NCBI GenBank assembly: GCA_030704615.1
Contig: CM060731.1
Span: forward strand, 30,008,001 to 30,072,000
DNA from: Takakia lepidozioides
Taxonomy: Eukaryota; Plantae; Bryophyta
Length of the DNA: 64,000 nucleotides
Direction of reading: 5' to 3'
Below are positions 38,401 through 49,266 of the stretch, piece after piece. Under the pieces are notes generated by a model, which saw nothing but the letters and a program-made list of their open reading frames with translations, had not been told where the DNA came from and searched no databases. Position numbers and translations under genes: made by a program. The stretch's first letter is position 1. Each line of letters starts with the position of its first letter.

Positions 38401-41400
38401 GGACTTAGCCCGAAAATGGCTAAGTCCCTGAATGGCAATAGGGCCTGGAACTGGAAAATGGCGCCGAATTTCCAGTTCCGGGCCAGCCAGTCTAGGGACT
38501 TAGCCCGAAAATGGCCAAGTCCCTGAACGGCAATAGGGCCTAGAACTGGAAAATGGCGCCGAATTTCCAGTTCAGGGCCAGCCAGTCTAGGGACTTAGCC
38601 ATTTTCGGAGCCCTGACTGGAAATTCGGCGCCATTTTCCCTAACACCACATGAGGCCTCTAACATCCTGAAATGCAAGGACTTGAAAAAAAGGCAGCGCG
38701 TATGTACCTGTACAAAAGGTGCATTGCTGCTTTGTCCGCGTTCGGCTGGTCGGTGAACTCGTGGCTCCGGCGAGCATCTGCTATCTCCCGAAAGAATAGG
38801 TTGGTTTTGTAGAGCAGAAAGTACCTTGTCACATAGTCGCGTAGGCTCTCTACTGCAGGAGATATCTCCATCTTGAACTGATGTGCTTGTGTGTCCAGCT
38901 GCTCTTGCGCATTCGTCGTCACCTGTGGAGATTCTCCATCAGATCGCTTTCCTGAAAAAATACAATGAATCCACCCCCTACTAGAGTAGAAGCCCCAAAC
39001 GAAGCGTGGGGAAGTACCTGAAACCACCATGTCATGCGGTTCATCCACATGTCGAATGTGGGGTCAGAGAGTTTGTCCGGTTTGGGGAAGCTCCACATGT
39101 CCCTGGTACTTTGGGAACCATTCTAGATTTGGAGCCACCGGGTCTGTCCAACCACCCAGCATATTTGTAAGCGCCAAACACCACAAAAAGGAGTTGTTGC
39201 CACCACAATTTGGTTAAGAATGTATCACCTTTTCTGTTGCATCCACACAGGATGTGGCTAGACGATGGAGCTTCTCCAATGTCATCGTGGGCTTCAGAGC
39301 GCGAGAATAGTGCTTCCCCACCTCCACCAAAAAGTCGGCACCAAGGGCGGGATCAGCTATGGCCACGTACTTTACCATCCGCGACTTGTACTTTATGCGG
39401 GCCCTCACCTCCGCAGCTTTGACATACGATTCGAGTGCCGGGAGGGTTGGATTCTTCTCCTCTGACTCCATGTAGAACCTCCGCGCATGTGCCAAATCCT
39501 GCTGTATTTTTGTCTGTCAAGAATGCGCACATAAGATTAGAGATCCTGCTCAACACAATTTCTTCTATTGGGGGAGGAGATTAGAAATCACGATGAAGAC
39601 CTTTTCTTCTATTGGGGGAGGAGAGACAGATTAGCTCAACAAAACTGTCAGGAGCTGTACCCGAAATATGTAGTCCACCATGGCATCGACGCTCAGCCTA
39701 TACCAGGTTCTGTCTGCCTTTGCCTCCGACTTGCGCATGAGGTCGGCACTGAGGGAATTGGCAAACTCTTGCACCCCCTGCTTCCCGACATCCTTCACTC
39801 GGAAGAGCATATGGGACAAGTTGGTGGCAATGAAGGCATTCTCAGTCACCCTGCAGTGCCACATTTCCATCAAACAATACTGAAATAGGAATTTTCATCA
39901 TATATGAGGATTCGCAATGAAATGACTTCCAAATTCAAAGTCCAAAAGTGAGAGGCGTTGTAACTTACGAGTTGATGTCCGCCATTGCAGCTTTGAGAAG
40001 ACTGCGATCTTTGGGCCCCGCAACCTTCAGCACAACACACTCCACGGCGAAATGCCAATCGAGGTCGTTGGGGTGGGCTTGGGCAATGTGCTCCATCCAT
40101 GCCAGGAGGTGATGATTGCCGTCCCACACGTAGAACATCTTACCGGACAAGTGCTGGAAAAGAGGATCACTAGCAATCGATCTCTCGAACTCCTCATTTC
40201 GCGTTTGCCAATGGGGACCCCATTTGTCCACCTCATCGGAAGTGTGGGCACGGGAAGCTCCGTGGTCATTCTCAATGGAAACGTAAAACGCGGCAGACCC
40301 CATTCGATATCCATCCCGGAAAGAGAATTTCAGCTTGTCGATATCGCCTGGGAGGGCAGGTCTCACCACCTGCAATGACACCAAGCGGCAAAGGGGAATT
40401 CGAAGCTTGGCCGGGTACACCATGCCCCCCAGTACCCTGCCAATGTTGCTGTGGGTTGCCTCCAACATCTTGGCAGTGGCCAACTTCATATCCGCCTCCG
40501 ACATGACGTTTGCTGCAGAGGGGTTTTCCGGCAGCCCACCAGGACCGCCAAATCCAGCCTGTATGCTCCGGGTTTGGGGCCTAGGGATGTCCGGGAGGAT
40601 GTCATCTTGGTCAGAAAGCTCCATGTCGTCCTCCTCAACAGGGTCAGCCACCTGCGAAACCACCTCCAGCACTCTCCCCGTCTCTACTGCCCTCTCCCTG
40701 GCTTCACCTCGAACTTGCACAATCCGTGCTCTTTCTGGTGTTCTTTCCTCTCCTCCACTCTCCACCGTATGGGTAATTGCAGGGGCTGCTCTTGCCCGCG
40801 ATGGTCTAACCGGTGTGTTGATGCCTCTTTGTGGTGTCTTGGAGGGATCCACCGTCTCTGTGCGTCTCTCACTTACATGGGAATCTGTCAGTTCGGAACC
40901 CCTGGCCTCTTCAGTGGCCTTTTCTCTTTCCTCCTGGCTAGCCTTGTGTCTTGCCTGTTCTCTTGCCCTCTCTTTTGCCCTCTCACGGGCTTTCTGTTTC
41001 TTATTAGGGCTAGCAGCAGGGGAGCCCGGATGGACGACCACCTTTGAGGTAGGCGAACTGACACCCTCGCGCGCACTGCGAACTCCCCCCTCCGCAGCCC
41101 GTGACGGCTCTCGCGCCGGGGATTGCACGTGCTTGGCTTTCTTCTTCTTCTTTGCTTGGACGGGCCCTACTGCTTCTGCATCAACAACCTCCATTGCCGG
41201 ATCTGCTGTTCTCACTTCCTCACGCCCTTCACCTGCCATGAGGCCTGCACCAACCTCCCCAATGCATATTCTGTCGTACTCTCGCTGCAGGTCCTCCCGT
41301 CCACCAACAAAAGGTTGAAGTTTGTCCTCTCGCTCCAAGGTGGGCGGTTCAAACATGCGATGAGTTGCAGCAGTCGATGATACCACCAGCGTGCCGGGCT

Positions 41401-41410
41401 CGTCGTCACT
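35459..41410 (-). pseudogene. MULE accessory gene: low-complexity N-terminus + ParB/Srx-like domain + helical region + beta-class N6A/N4C DNA methyltransferase-like domain + acidic tail; multi-exon, disrupted in this copy
   Basis: Exons with GT-AG junctions, mostly phase-compatible: 41410-39969, 39850-39661, ~39513-39229, ~39143-39018, ~38921-38708, 37778-36661, 36572-36308, 36223-36025, 35895-35459. ParB-like LRIPLCRL...VRP...DIDKLKFSF...FYVWDGNHH (40020-40410). MTase motifs in beta order: CDMILLDIPDG, LLDDGGCVVV, FEAYCFVK, RTRSPAFIQTLMEMCS, ILDLTCGTG|ASMWAG, RHVFAFEPD (36170-36940). Frameshifts at ~39060, ~37600, the C-run at 36954-36967 and ~35660. The 5' exon is uncertain. Confidence 0.75.
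37820..38640. repeat. Tandem array (75-96-bp units) with two inverted motifs per unit, inside an intron of the accessory gene
   Basis: Unit gggcctagaactggaaaatggcgccgaatttccagttcagggccagccaccctaGGGACTTAGCCcgaaaatGGCTAAGTCCCtgaacggcaata. Unit starts at 38005, 38101 and 38196. Confidence 0.92.
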
Positions 41411-42186
41411 CTGTCATTCCCAAAATCGTGAGAACCAACATCGGTGCCAAAACCAGCATCGCAACCACCATAGCAACAATCGTGTAACAAAAATGAAAAC
41501 ATAACAAGTTTAGGAAGTATAGAGAGCCATGCAACAACAATGAAAACAAATGCAACCATTGCCTGAGAATGACATGCACAAGCAGCCTTCTCCAGAGCTG
41601 CCGGATTTGCACACGCATTGCAAACAATCTAAGGTTCACTCAACTATCTAAGGTTCACTCATCCAGCGAAGCCAAGATGAAGATGCAAAAACAAAGCGAG
41701 GCAACAAAGCAAAAGCGAAAGCGAAATCGAACAAAGCGAAAGCAGAAGTGGCTTGCCTGAGAGTACTCGGCTTCAGTTGGCGCGGGTTGTGAGCAAGACA
41801 CTGGAATCTCCTGCTGGAGCTTCAGTTTGGCCATGCGAGAGATTGGGCCGTCGTCCGTAGTACAGAGCTTTCAACTTCCGCCGCGGTCTGGATGTGAGGT
41901 CTCTCTCAGGAGAGCCACGCCCTTCAGGCGGCATAAGTCCCAACCAAAATGGAAAAAGATCTCCGTTTTTGGGGTACATGCCTCGAATAGCATGTTAAGG
42001 CAAGATTAGCATCAGATTTAGGGTACGTATCCAGGAAGCCATGTGTCGCCAGCCCGAATGAAAACGGACGGCGGTGGACATTTATTGCCCAACTGCGCAA
42101 TTAAATGTTGGATGAAGCCCTCCATGTCGGATAAAAAAACGACGGAACTCGGCCCGGAATTTCCAACGTATAGGTAATTCGGAGCG

Positions 42187-42890
42187 CTGCAGGATGGAAA
42201 TCCGGCGCCGGATTTCCATCCTGCAGGTAATTCGAAGCGCAGCATGATGGAAATTCAGCGCGGAATTTCCATCCTGCAAGGTAGGGCGGCGCGCGAAATT
42301 TCCCTCACGCAGGTAATTCAGAAGCGGATGGATGGAAATCCAGCGCCGGATTTCCATCCGCGCAGGTAGGGCGGCGCGCGAAATTTCCCTCACGCAGGTA
42401 ATTCGGAAGCGGATGGATGGAAATCCGGCGCCGGATTTCCATCCGCGCAGGTAGGGCGGCGCGCGAAATTTCCCTCACGCAGGTAATTCGGAAGCGGATG
42501 GATGGAAATCCGGCGCCGGATTTCCATCCGCGCAGGTAGGGCGGCGCGCAAAATTTCCCTCACGCAGGTAATTCGGAGGCGGATGGATGGAAATCCGGCG
42601 CCAGATTTCCATCCGCGCAGGTAGGGGGGCGCGCGAAATTTCCCTCACGCGGGTAATTCGGAGGCGGATGGATGGAAATCCGGCGCCGGATTTCCATCCG
42701 CGCAAGTAGGGGGGCGCGCGAAATTTCCCTCACGCAGGTAATTCGGAAGCGGATGGATGGAAATCCGACGCCGAATTTCCATCCTACAGGTAATTCGAAT
42801 CCCGGATGGATGGAAATCCGGCGCCGAATTTCCATCCAGCAGGTAAGTCGGATCGCTGGCGTATGGATATTCAGCGCCGAATTTCCATTC
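42187..42890. repeat. 85-bp tandem array built around the perfect palindrome GGATGGAAATCCGGCGCCGGATTTCCATCC
   Basis: aaatttccct recurs at 42296, 42381, 42466, 42551, 42636 and 42721 (period 85). A 40-bp perfect palindrome CTGCAGGATGGAAATCCGGCGCCGGATTTCCATCCTGCAG lies at 42187-42226. Confidence 0.93.
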
Positions 42891-43059
42891 TGCAGGTATT
42901 TCGAAGCGCTGAATTACCTTCCTGCAGGTAATTCTGAGCGTGTCCGATTGATTTTTCGGAGAAAAACAAACTAAACTGTTTGTTTTGTGGCTGAAGTGCA
43001 CTTGTAGACACGTTTTTCTTGGAATCCTTGACTGCGGCGCGCAAATCGGAACAGCCTCA

Positions 43060-44095
43060 GACGGAAATTCGGCGCCGTTTTTCCATTCTAGGAGGTTTTT
43101 ACGACTTCCTTTGAGGGGGCCCCGATGGAAATTCGGCGCCGAATTTCCATCCGGGGGATGGTCTCTGTCGGAGACGTGCCGGCCTCTCTGCCGCTCTGTT
43201 GGATATTCGGTGCCGAATTTCCGTCCGGGGGTTGAAATATGATGGCCAGGTGCCGGCGTCACCCCCCTCCCCGATTGCATTGGAACGGCCCCGGATGGAA
43301 ATTCGGTGCCGTTTTTCCATCTGGGGAGGTTTTTATGTTGACCAGTTTTTGGCCTGACCCCCCGACACGGTCTCCTTTGGGGGGGCCCGGATGGAAATTC
43401 GGCGCCGAATCTCCATCCAGGGGATGCTCTCTGTCGAACACGTGCCGGCCTCTACGCCTGAGGCGACTTCATCCGGGCGTCCCCTGTTGGATATTCGGTG
43501 CCGAATTTCCGTCCGGGGATTGAAATGTGACGGCCAGGTGCCGGCCTCTCCCCCCTCCCCGACTGCATCCGAACCGCCCCAGATGGAAATTGGGTGCCGT
43601 TTTTCCATCTGGGGATGTTTTTTATGCCAGCCAGTTTTCGGCCTGACCCCCCGACACGACTTCCTTTGGGGGGGCCCGGATGGAAATTCGGCACCGAATC
43701 TCCATCCAGGGGATGTTCTCTGTCGCACACGCGCCGGCCTCTGTGCCCGAGGCGACTTCATCCGAGCTTCCCCTGTTGTATATTCGGTGCCAAATTTCCG
43801 TCCGGGGGTTGTAATGTGAGGGCCAGATGGCGGCCTTTCCCCCGAGCCGACTGCATCCGAAAGGCCTCGGATGGAAATTCGGCGTCGTTTTTCCATCCGT
43901 GGAGGTTTTTATGTCGGTCAGTTTTCGGCCTGACCCCCCGACATGACTTCCTTTGGGGGGATCCGAATGGAAATTCGGCGCTGAATTTCCATCCGGGGGA
44001 TATTCTCTGTCGGACAGGTGCCGACATCTCTGCCCCGGACGACTTCATCCGTGCGGCCCCTGTTGGATATTGGGTGCCGAATTTCCATTCGGGGT
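43060..44095. repeat. ~270-290-bp tandem repeat (about 3.5-4 copies), each with ~3 palindrome-derived motifs
   Basis: ttcctttggggg.gcccggatggaaattcggc recurs at ~43106, ~43372, 43661 and ~43948. Perfect GATGGAAATTCGGCGCCGAATTTCCATC at 43124-43151. Confidence 0.9.
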
Positions 44096-44391
44096 AGTAA
44101 TGTGACGGCACGGTGCTGGCTTCTCCCCTTCAGCCGACATCATCCGGACGGCCCCCCACTTTCTGACTGCATACCGTTGGCAGTTATTGCGCAAAGACCA
44201 GGGGCCGCATTCCGGAGACAAGGTTCATTAACACTCTGACTGTGGATTTTTGAGATAGTTGGCTCCCTGGATTTGGATCAGGCTTCGTCGCTCGGACAAA
44301 TCGGCACCGCATTCCTTCCCATCGCTGCATCCCCCTTCTACCAGGGAGCTTCCCCACACGCCATCCTGGCAGTCTTGTGTGCATATCTCCC

Positions 44392-47300
44392 ATGGCGGAA
44401 AACCCAAGCGCTACAGTGTACTGCCCTCCTCACGAGCATAGAGCTTCATTTCCGTGCAGAGGGGACATCTGCCGGGTGATGGAGAAATATCTGTGCGTTC
44501 GATACCAACTGAAACCAGGGTCGGTTTTTTTGGAGGAGGAAAGGAAGGACTCAAACGGCCTTGTTGTCGAGAGTATTGTTGTGCTCCACGATGATTTCGG
44601 CGATGACAGGGAATGGCGAGTTCCACCATCGGACAGCGTCATATACAGGGCTGTTGGGGACTTCATTTGCCCGCCAAATGCACCTTCTATCCTGGCGCCT
44701 TCCACGAAACAATCCGCGAATCAGAGAGTGGCTACCTCAAAGAGAGAAGTCCGCAACGAAGTAAATCCAGAGCCGAACCCATCCATGAAGATGAGCGAGA
44801 ACCGGGTTGTTCACAACCTGTCCGACTCAGACGAGGTCATGGAAGTTCCGAGGTCGTCCTGGAGATCAGGCAAGTCCTCAATGGACGTCAGTGGAGGAAG
44901 CACGAGCACCGCAGTTCGATCTATTCTTGAAATTTTGCGAGGGCTTCACCTGGAGGGACACCGATCGGAGCTGGCCGGGCTGGACTACAGCAAGTTCGCA
45001 ATTAAATCGGTTACATGCCTTCCCGTCGACGTCGACGGTAATATCTTCTTTGAGTTCCCTCCTCGGGCGGACTACTCGAGGGCGTCCGGAATGTTGACAG
45101 ATATGGATAGAAAACATGACGGTCATCCTTGGTGCGTTACCAAAACCACCAGCATGAAGATGCTCGATGGTGTGCGGGTGCGCTACGTTGTTTGTGCGGG
45201 CGCGTTGCGGTGTTTCTCCCCAACTTGCTTCCACTTTAAATCCAGAGGTCACAGGAACGAGACCAATTGGACAGGCACAGCTCATCAACCATTTCGAGCT
45301 CAGGAGAAGGTTCCGAACTCCACATTTAAGTGTGCGCATTGCAAAGAACCACCACACTGCATGTCTGCTTGTAATGCCAAGCAGTTCCATGTGTTGCACC
45401 GTTTCCCTGACCTCACCCGAGCTTGCATACACGTTGGATCCCATTGTCACAAATTGGCGAGGGGGAACTCGCGGGAGGCTGCCCACGAGGCAGAGCAGCT
45501 CGTTCAGGAGGAGGTTAAGTTGAGACCGGGTGCCAAACCTAAACAGATACAGCTCCAAGCCGCCCATAAGATGGCGTTGGCCAGAATTATGTCGGAAGAC
45601 GGCTCCGACAGAGTTCCTCTCGATGACAAGGAAATGGAGGCATTGCTGGAGTCGGTGTCCCACGTCTGTTCACCGAATGTCCGAAACCACATTGTGTCAT
45701 GCAAACAGAAAATTGGGTGTGGCTCGGATATGCACTCCATTCTGGAGGTGAAGCGACGATGTGGATATGACTACATTCATGGAAGTCGGTTTCCAGGACA
45801 AGGGACTGAGGCAGATCGTTGTTTCGTATTCAAAATGTCCACGTGTGGACCTGGCAGCGGCGTCAAACTGGTCCACAGGATGACGAGTGGGGACTTGTCA
45901 AACAGTTAGGTCATGTTCGACCATATCAAGCGAATTACAAATCACCAGTGGGTGACAATGGGTGCACATGTCTACGACACCCACTGCAGGATGCTAATGA
46001 CAATTGCTATTTGTGAGATGAAAGGAGAGGACACACAATTGGAGATGCTTCTTTGGCAGGGAATAAACGAAGAGATGGCCAAGGCGGGATTGCCCCCTCC
46101 CAATTTCCGTGGTTTCATGGCGGACAACGCACAACCAAATTGGGCTGCCATCCGAAGGGTATACGGGGAAGACCCCAATGTTCCCATGGAAGGCAAGGAG
46201 AGATCTTGTGGGTTCCATTTTCTGCAGAGCCTTTCGCAGTACACAACCAAGCTCGTGGCGCCAGATTTTAGAGAGGAGCACCGTTCCATGTGCCTTGCGT
46301 GGAAGCGCGTTCCCACCTTGGATGATGCAGAGACACAGTTTGCATGTATACGGGCTTGGTGGACATCGTCAGGTACTGTAAGGAAATCAGACGAGGGAGC
46401 AATGGTCAGTTGGCTAGCATGGTGGCATTATCGTTTCCTCCAGTTCGGCGACTATATACGGGAGGTGAGTTGCACGAATTCGCGTCCCGTTGAATATTAT
46501 TCTTGGCCATATTTGTAACTTGCTTGTAACCTCAACATGTGCTTGTGCAGGAAATGTGTCTCGACTCCGACACCGACATGCCCACGACAAACATGGCCGA
46601 ATCAGTGCACTCTTCCTGGCGTGCCTCCTCTGCGGCGCATCTGGTGGACATCCTCACTGCCACAACGGAGGACATTGTGAGGTCAATTATGCAGCAAAGC
46701 AGGTACAACGAGTTCTTGAAAGGGAAACAGTGGGGCTTGGGGCCGGACAGGCAGGAAATGCTGATGCGGACTGCCTCTAGATCGAAGAATCCTCGGAAGT
46801 GAGCGGCGGCCTTGCGAGAGGGCCTTGGGGACACGCCATTGCTGCGAAGAGGCCAACATTTGGAAGGAGATGTTCATACCCGTCCAGTGAGACAAAGACT
46901 TGACGAGGCACCTGGTGGAGAAGAGGATTCATGGCGAGCTAACAAGAATATTCGCACGCTCCCTCGTGATCCGGTGATGTTGCCCGAGGAGGTCTCGTCG
47001 AGCACCGCAAGTCCTGCACGTTCAAGATCGCCATCTCCTTTGAGCACAGGGTGCGTGCCCCGGCAACATAACGAGCCATCTGTAGTAAAGCAGTACAACA
47101 TTCCCATTGTGGAGACAAGAGTGTCGGAGTCATATTGGAGAATTGCGAGGACATTGCCGGCATTTCGAGGGAAGTGCTGCGCCATCCGGGTGGATACGAG
47201 AGCACGCTGTGGTGAGATGATTCGGAGGAATCCACACGGTGCTGTACCTGCACCTTGTTTCAGCGGCAGATTTTTGACTCCCACATTTGCTCACGCCACA

Positions 47301-47969
47301 ACGCAGACATTTTGGTTCTGTAGGCACGACATAATGACCTGTGTATTTGGCAAGCCCAAGTACGGGATTCAGGGAATGTCGGAGCCTCCGGGCGTCTGGC
47401 CTGTTGCACCGGGTTGCAGCCTCTCTCAGAATGAGGCGGATGCTCTATCTGCAGTAGGATTTTGAATGGTGCAACGCACAGACATCCCGGCCCACGCATT
47501 TCCGGTTCCTCAGACCCAACAATTGCAGACTGCTCGGTCCAGTAAAGACGGATTGGACAATTCTGCACATCCCACAATGCGATTCGGAAGAGTGAAGAGA
47601 CGACACCCTCCCAACAAGTTGAATGAGACTCGGATTGCCAATGCTCTTGGGATGGCTTGCACTATTCAGAGCTCCGTGGACGTACCCCCACCCGGCCTTG
47701 GGCGTGTGTATCGGATGGCAACGGCCGGCTCGGCTGTACGCGACGATGTATACACAATTACGATTGGAGTGGAGCCGACTTGCAATTGTACGGACTTCTC
47801 GTTGATGGAAGCAAAGAAGGGTTCGAAGTATTATCCGTGCAAGCATCTGTATTACATTTACCTGAAGAGGTTGAGGATGAACGTGACTATTGATGACTTT
47901 ATTCATGCACCGGCGTTGAGCGTGAACGAGCTGCACAAACTCCTCCTTAGGGATTCCAGAAATCATTGA
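44392..47969 (+). pseudogene. MULE transposase (GCM-like Zn domain + DDE + Cys-rich domain + SWIM), one intron 46465-46550, three premature stops
   Basis: GCM/WRKY-like HPWCVTKTT...CAGALRCFSPTC...CAHC...C...ACIHVGSHCH. DDE core (W)VMFDHIKR, FMADNAQPNWAAIRRVY, ERSCGFH (CxxH), TTNMAESVHSSW. SWIM PTCNCTDF...PCKHLYYI. Stops at 45907-09 (TAG for W), 46800-02 (TGA for W) and 47463-65 (TGA for R), judged against the second copy. Confidence 0.9.
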
Positions 47970-48109
47970 TGGGGCAAAGGGAATCCTCCATATGGATATT
48001 TTCAATTGCATTTTGTTGTATCAAACTTTTTTTTGCAGTATAATGAAATGCACCCCAAAACTCCTGGAATGAGGCAATATTCCATTCAAATTGAGATCCA
48101 ACAGAAGCA

Positions 48110-48555
48110 GTTGTGGGGCCATTTCTGGAAAAATGGCGCCGAATTTCTCTTTTTGGGGCCGAAAACTGGCTAAGTCCCAACATGCACTGGTACCTGTGTC
48201 TGGGAAAATGGCGCCGAATTTCTCTTTTTTGGGCCGAAATCTGGCTAAGTCTCAACATGCACTGGTACCGTGTTTGGAAAAATGGCGTCGAATTTCCCTA
48301 TTTTGGGCCGAAATCTGGCTAAGTCCCAACATGCACTGGTACAGTGTCTGGAAAAATGGCGTCGAATTTCCCTATTTTGCGCCGAAAACTGGCTAAGTCC
48401 GAACATGCACTGGAAAATTGGCGCCGAATTACCTGTCATGAGGGGACCTATAGCCGCGGAATTCGGCACCATTTTTCGCCAGAGAGACCTATTACCGCGA
48501 AATACGTCGCCGTTTTTTCAGGTTACGGACCCTATTACCGCGAAATTCGGCTCCA
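48110..48555. repeat. ~75-bp tandem array with aaaatggcgccgaatttc and ggctaagtccc motifs (right subterminal)
   Basis: ggaaaaatggcgccgaatttctctttttggggccgaaaactggctaagtcccaacatgcactggt repeated ~4.5 times. Shares motifs with the 37820-38640 array. Confidence 0.88.
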
Positions 48556-48724
48556 TATTTGCACATGTCGCTGGGAATTGGCATGAGCAGAAGACGAAAT
48601 ATCATGAGCACAACTGTCAAAACTACAATTTTCCCTTCAAGGGGCCGAATAATATATTTGTTTTTCCTGACACATTGCATTAAATTAATGTTTTTATTGT
48701 TTTTTATTTTCAAAATTTGTACTT

Positions 48725-48792
48725 CTGCTCATGAAAACCAATTGTTTTACTACTCCGCTCATGCCGCTCATGCTCATGAAATAGCTAACCTC
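48725..48792 (-). repeat. Right TIR/subterminal CATGAGC repeats of the MULE
   Basis: ...ccgctcatgccgctcatgctcatgaaatagctaacctc followed by TSD gtgtggtga (48793-48801). Confidence 0.88.
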
Positions 48793-49266
48793 GTGTGGTG
48801 ATAGTCATATACATAACTTTGACAGAGGTCAAATGCTTTACGAAAAAATTCAAATAGAAATGCATTTGATGAGAGGTTGTGTAAATAGAAATACTTACCT
48901 CCATAAAAATGCATGCCGAAAGGAGAACACCATAACATAAGTCACAATAATAATTAAACGTAGGGCATAGCAGAAGAGAAGTTCATACAACAGCAGGAGA
49001 GCACATGAAGCAAGACCTCCCAACAAATGTGAGAGTAGGCAAAGATGAAAGGCTCAAAACCAAATAATTGCAAATTCATCTATACGGAAAATCACATAAA
49101 GTCATATGTGTTTCTATGACTGCTAGAAGTAACCAAAGTCTACCAATACTAGTCAAGTCAATCCCCTAATGTCCAAGTGCAATGAAATTAATGTGATACT
49201 CATCCGTTCAGCACTTTTGGACAAAAAGTAGTATATATACCTGCATTGCCAAGCTGTATCTTCCTA

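Larger units (their letters stand above)
35238..48792 (+). mobile_element. Full-length Mutator-like (MULE) DNA transposon, 13,555 bp, carrying a transposase and a ParB-like/amino-methyltransferase-like accessory gene
   Basis: Perfect 9-bp TSD GTGTGGTGA at 35229-35237 and 48793-48801. Imperfect TIRs GGGGGCTGCTATTTCATGAGC (left) vs GAGGTTAGCTATTTCATGAGC (right, reverse complement). Subterminal CATGAGC repeats and an internal MULE DDE transposase. Confidence 0.93.

Noticed and set aside
40335-41318. 327-aa plus-strand ORF
   Set aside because: Antisense shadow of the accessory gene's large exon, with no recognisable motifs.
41757-41934. Candidate first exon of the accessory gene (MPPEGRGSPER..., GC donor)
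   Set aside because: Contains an in-frame TGA and its splice phase does not match the 41410 acceptor, so the 5' end is left unresolved.
37820-44095. Palindromic repeat arrays as CRISPR arrays
   Set aside because: Inter-repeat segments are themselves repeated rather than unique spacers, no cas genes are present, and the context is eukaryotic.
42018-44239. Many overlapping ORFs (MEIRRRISIH..., WKFGAEFPS...)
   Set aside because: Translation artefacts of the palindromic tandem repeats on both strands.
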